A stretch of 64,000 bases of DNA from Candidatus Eiseniibacteriota bacterium (GTDB lineage Bacteria > Eisenbacteria > RBG-16-71-46 > JABDJR01), in the NCBI GenBank assembly GCA_963783375.1, contig CAWANH010000003.1, forward strand, positions 64,001 through 128,000, given 5' to 3'. The translations under genes were made by a program, and so were the position numbers. Shown piece by piece: positions 60,111 through 64,000 of this stretch. The notes under the pieces are model-generated. The model did no database searches. It was not told the origin of the DNA and saw only the letters and a list, made by a program, of their open reading frames with translations. The stretch's first letter is position 1; every line of letters begins with the position of its first letter.

Positions 60111-61298
60111 ATGATTCGACGCGGGCTGATCACCGGATTGCTCTTCCTCGCCGCCGCCGCTCCGCCCACGCCCGCCCGGGCGGCGTCGTCGGGGGGGGCC
60201 ACCTCCCTCCAGATCCCCCCCGACCCGCGGAGCGAGGCCATGGGGCGGGCCCCGGCCGCGATCACCCGCGGCCCCTACGCCGCCTGGGGCAATCCGGGGG
60301 GCCTGGGCCTCTCCCGGGGGGTCCAGGTCGTCGACATGAGCAGCCAGCTCGTCCCGAGCCTCGCCGAAGACGTCTGGTTCAAGCACAGCTCGCTCATGGC
60401 CGGGTGGTCGCCTCCCGGGTTCGCAATCCCGTTCGGCGGCGCCCGGTTGCCGCTCAACCTGACCGCGGGCTACAACTACTCCCGCCTCGACTACGGAGCC
60501 CAGCCCCCGTTCGTGACCCCAACCGGATCCGGCTCCCCCCATGAGGTGGTCCACGGGGGCGCGCTGGCGGTGGGTCTGGGCGACTACCTGGGGATCGGGG
60601 TGACCGGGCAGCGAGTGAAGCTGGATCTATACCCCCTGGTCCCGTCCGGGACCGAACGGGTGACCGCCACCGCGTGGAACTACGGCGCGCTGGTCCGGGC
60701 GCCCATGTACGTCTCCGTGGCTCCGGAGAGTGGGTTCACGCTCTCGTTCGATCGGAGCCGGGCCTACACCTTCCGGGTAACCCCCACCGCCGGGGTCTCC
60801 TGGACCGGCCGGGGCAAGCCCATCGTGTTCGACCACGGCGGGGCCGATCCCCTCCCCGCGACGCGGCGGGAAGCGGTGGGGCTCGATCTCGGCATCCTCC
60901 CGGTGGGAGCCGTCCTCCCCTACCCCGATGCGACGAGCACCCGGTTCTTCCGGGGGGCGCATGTCCTGTCGGTTTCCGCCGCCCTCGGCCGGGACAAGGA
61001 TCTGAACCCGCCCTATCCGGTGGTGCAGCCGACCGGGCCCGAGCTGAGCCCCAACGCCCGGAACGGGATCAGCAACTACCGGGGGGTGGAGGTGAAGGTG
61101 CTCGACGTCTTCGCCTACCGCTGGGGGTGGATCAACGACGAGGCGGCGAAGATCACCGGCAACAGCCACGGGTGGGGCGTCTCGCTGTTCGAGTACCTGG
61201 GAGTGGACTACGCCGTCATCCCCCAGGCCCAGGGCCTCGATCGCGTGACGAAGGTGTCGGCCTGGGTGCGCATCCCCCTCGACGGGGACGCGGAGTAG
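60111..61298 (+). CDS. PorV/PorQ-like outer-membrane beta-barrel protein
   Basis: Signal peptide; SLQIPPDPRSEAMGRA...AAWGNPGGL (PorV/FadL-type N-terminus); DYA..PQA..L C-terminal strands. Confidence 0.75.
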   Translation: MIRRGLITGLLFLAAAAPPTPARAASSGGATSLQIPPDPRSEAMGRAPAAITRGPYAAWGNPGGLGLSRGVQVVDMSSQLVPSLAEDVWFKHSSLMAGWSPPGFAIPFGGARLPLNLTAGYNYSRLDYGAQPPFVTPTGSGSPHEVVHGGALAVGLGDYLGIGVTGQRVKLDLYPLVPSGTERVTATAWNYGALVRAPMYVSVAPESGFTLSFDRSRAYTFRVTPTAGVSWTGRGKPIVFDHGGADPLPATRREAVGLDLGILPVGAVLPYPDATSTRFFRGAHVLSVSAALGRDKDLNPPYPVVQPTGPELSPNARNGISNYRGVEVKVLDVFAYRWGWINDEAAKITGNSHGWGVSLFEYLGVDYAVIPQAQGLDRVTKVSAWVRIPLDGDAE

Positions 61299-61371
61299 GC
61301 GGCTGCTCCGGCCGGATCCCCCGATCCGGCCGCGGTGATCGCGGGCCGGGGCCCCGGCGCCCCGCGCGCCC

Positions 61372-63952
61372 TCAGCGGAGAAGCAGGATCTTGGTCGACG
61401 CGCTCCCGGAAGGCGTCTTGACCCGAACGAAGTAAGCCCCCGCCGCGGCCCGCCGCCCGTCCGCGCGCCGTCCGTCCCACGCCACCGTGCGACTCCCGGC
61501 CTCCGCGTAGCCCTCGGAGAGCACGCGCACCCGCCGCCCGGCCACGTCGAAAACGCTCACGTCGAGCGGGGACGCCCGGGGCAGAACGAAGCGGATCTCG
61601 GTCCGGTCGCACACGGGGTTGGGGACAACGGGAAGGACGCGAAGATCCCCGAGCCCCGGCGACGACGGATCCTGAACCGCCAGCGCGGGCGCCGGGGGGT
61701 AGGCGAGGAGGGTGATGTCGTCCAGGTACCACCCGTCCATCTGCACCCCGACGTCGGAGGTGAGCCGGAAGCGGAGCCGGAGATCGGGGAGGCCGGCGTA
61801 GGCGGAGAGGTCGATCTCTTCCGGGGCCCAGAAGCGCTGGTCGCCGTCATAGCCGGGGACCCCCGAGGTCTGGGTCCCCCCGTCGTAGCCCAGGGTGGTG
61901 CCGTGGCCGGGGCGGGTGAGATCGCCGGCCACCGCGGTCCAGGTGGCTCCGGAGTCCGCGCTCACCTCCACCCGCCCGAAGTCGTACCCGCCTTCGACGT
62001 CCCACCGGGTGCGGAAGGCCAGGATCGCGTGGGCCGCCCCGCTCAGGTCCAGGGGTTGATCGAGGGTCAACCGCGCGTTGTCATGGGCCGGGTAATCTCC
62101 ACCCGGCGAATCCGAAAAAGCGCTGTCCCCGCCCACCGCCTCCAGGCCCCAACCGCCGGCGACCGTCCAGGCGGAAAGCCCCGCGTCGCCGCTGTCCGCG
62201 AACACCACGGTGGGGTCCCCCAGCCGGATCCACATCGTATCCCGGCCCGCATACCCCGCGCCGTCGCCCAGTTCCAGGAAGGAGCGGCGCCCGGATCCCC
62301 GGCTCCGCCCCCGCCGAAGCGGTGACGGTGATCGGAGTGCCGGAAAGGGGCCAGGCCGTCTCCCCGGGGAGCAGATCCGGATAGGTGGTGGAGGCCGTCC
62401 CCACGCTCACCGACGGATCCCCCGAGGCCACGGTGAGCGCCACCCCGCCCGAGGTCCCCGCCCCCACCCCGAGGTTCCGGAGGCGGATCGAGATCTCCGC
62501 GGTCTCGCCGGGACGAAGCCGTCCCGGTCCGTTCTCGACCCGCACGCTGTCCGCGACCAGGTAGGCGCCGGCCGCGTAGGCCAGGATCACGTTGGAGCGG
62601 AGATTCAGCCGGGCCAGGGGCACGATCCGGGACTGCGGGGGCCAGAACCCGTCGTTCTGGTCTCCCACCTCGGTGGTGAACGCGAAGACCCTGGGCTTCC
62701 CGGTCACGTCCCCGTACATCCAGTCGTCGGCATCGCCGTTCACCGGATAGAGGATCTGGCCGGAGCGGCCGTAGGCATGGTGTGGAACCTCGGCCAGCGC
62801 GTCCCCGAGCCGCACGATGGCCGCGGAGTCGGGGGGGCCCGAGTCGAGGTACCCCCACGGATAGAGGCAGTCCTCGGCGTAGGTGTGGTAGTTCTGCGCG
62901 GTGACGAAAGCGTGGCGCTCGCAGAAATCGCGGAGGGCCCGGGTCTCGGGTTCCGTGAAAGGGGCGGGCCCCCGGTAGGTCTGGCTGGAGGGGCTCCCCG
63001 AGGAGCCCGCGTTGTCGTAGCCCCACTGGAAGCCGAAGTTCCGGTTCAGGTCCACGCCGTCCTGATTGGTGATCGTCGAGTCCCCGTTGTTGTCGCGGAG
63101 GTTCTTCCGCCAGAACCCGAAGACGCCCCCCGATCTCCACGTGTTCTCGTTCCGGACGTAGCCGTCCGGGTTCACCACCGGGACGAACCACATCTCGCGC
63201 TCGTCCACCAGGTAGGTGAGCTCCGGATCGGACCCGTAGTCCTCGAGCAGCCGGAGGAGGAAATGGAGAACGACCTCCATCCCCTCGGGCTCGCGGGCGT
63301 GGGTGAGACCGGTGAAGAGGACCTCGGGGCGCGTCCCCAGCGGACGATACGGCGAGGCCACGGCGAGGGCCAAGATCGGCCGCCCCTGAAGGCTCGTCCC
63401 CAGGGTGTCGAGCCCGGCCACCAGGCTATCGGAGGCGGCCAGGGAGTCGATCAGCGCGTACACCTCGTCCAGGGTCCGGAACCCGGCCAGGGATCCCTCA
63501 CCCGGGGGGGGAACTCCCCCGGCGAGACCGGTGCCGGCGGGTGCGGGTCCGGGAGCGTAGGCGACGGGGGCGCGACCGGTCCGGATCGCGACTTCCGCGC
63601 CGTAGTCCGGGCTGACCTCGGTGTAGCAAAGGCCGAGGGCATCCATGAGGTCCCGGGTCCCCGGCCACCCCAGCACGGTGGCCCGGTAGCCCGGGCGAAC
63701 GCTCATGACGTCGAGGTCGGCATCCAGAAGCCTCGTCCAGGCCCCGGCCGGGGTCAGGTCGATCCGGTAGAGCGGGAGGCGCCCGGACGCGACCGGGGAC
63801 GAAGACGGAGCGGGAGGACCGGGGCTCGGGGCGGCGGGGGCGCCGGCCGAGAGGGCCGCGATCGCCAGCGCCGCGGTGACCGTCCCACCGAGGCCCCGTC
63901 GAAATGGGCCTTCACCGCTACAGAAAGATGGGAATACCTTCATCCGACGCAT
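61372..63952 (-). CDS. Secreted M14 zinc carboxypeptidase with accessory beta domains and FlgD/T9SS-type C-terminal domain; frameshift near 62285
   Basis: HAREP, NPDG, WRKN, GVDLNRN, EPET, NYHTY, GDADDW, TTEVG; C-terminus PNP...VFDVAGRRVRVL...WDGR...AGAYFVRV...KILLLR. Confidence 0.88.
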
Positions 63953-64000
63953 TATACATTTCTCGACGGCCGGCCCGTCACCCCGGTTGGCGGGGCGCCC

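Overview
High-GC (~70% by eye) chromosomal segment, probably from an FCB-affiliated candidate lineage such as Eisenbacteria, Krumholzibacteriota or Latescibacterota. This is an inference from a PorV-like barrel, a FlgD/T9SS-type C-terminal domain and SWxxIK-tailed secreted proteins. Main contents, left to right: (1) a compact sugar-phosphate-utilisation (SPU-type) bacterial microcompartment operon with RpiB, DeoC and an acylating aldehyde dehydrogenase, all with N-terminal encapsulation peptides, plus 1 BMC-H, 2 BMC-T and 3 BMC-P; (2) a lower-GC patch with a ParE-type toxin-antitoxin pair, a truncated higB and an integrase-less integron remnant (attI-like site, one cassette, one attC); (3) an HNH nuclease gene bracketed by inverted arrays of a palindromic GTACCCGGGTAC repeat that also occurs as a solo copy 4.6 kb away, a REP/RAYT-like layout with an HNH protein; (4) a four-gene spt-GNAT-reductase-PAP2 operon matching bacterial ceramide synthesis, with an added Aur1/IPC-synthase-like gene; (5) housekeeping blocks (dapECD, lemA-htpX, fabI, rnhB, korAB, PiT and others); (6) two secreted paralogues sharing a C-terminal P-x-P-x-EKSSW-x-x-(L/I)KQ-x-Y motif, near a PorV-like gene and an M14 peptidase. 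At least six ordinary genes carry single-base frameshifts, most likely long-read indel errors. No rRNA, tRNA or CRISPR array was recognised. All calls come from reading motifs by eye; no searches were run.
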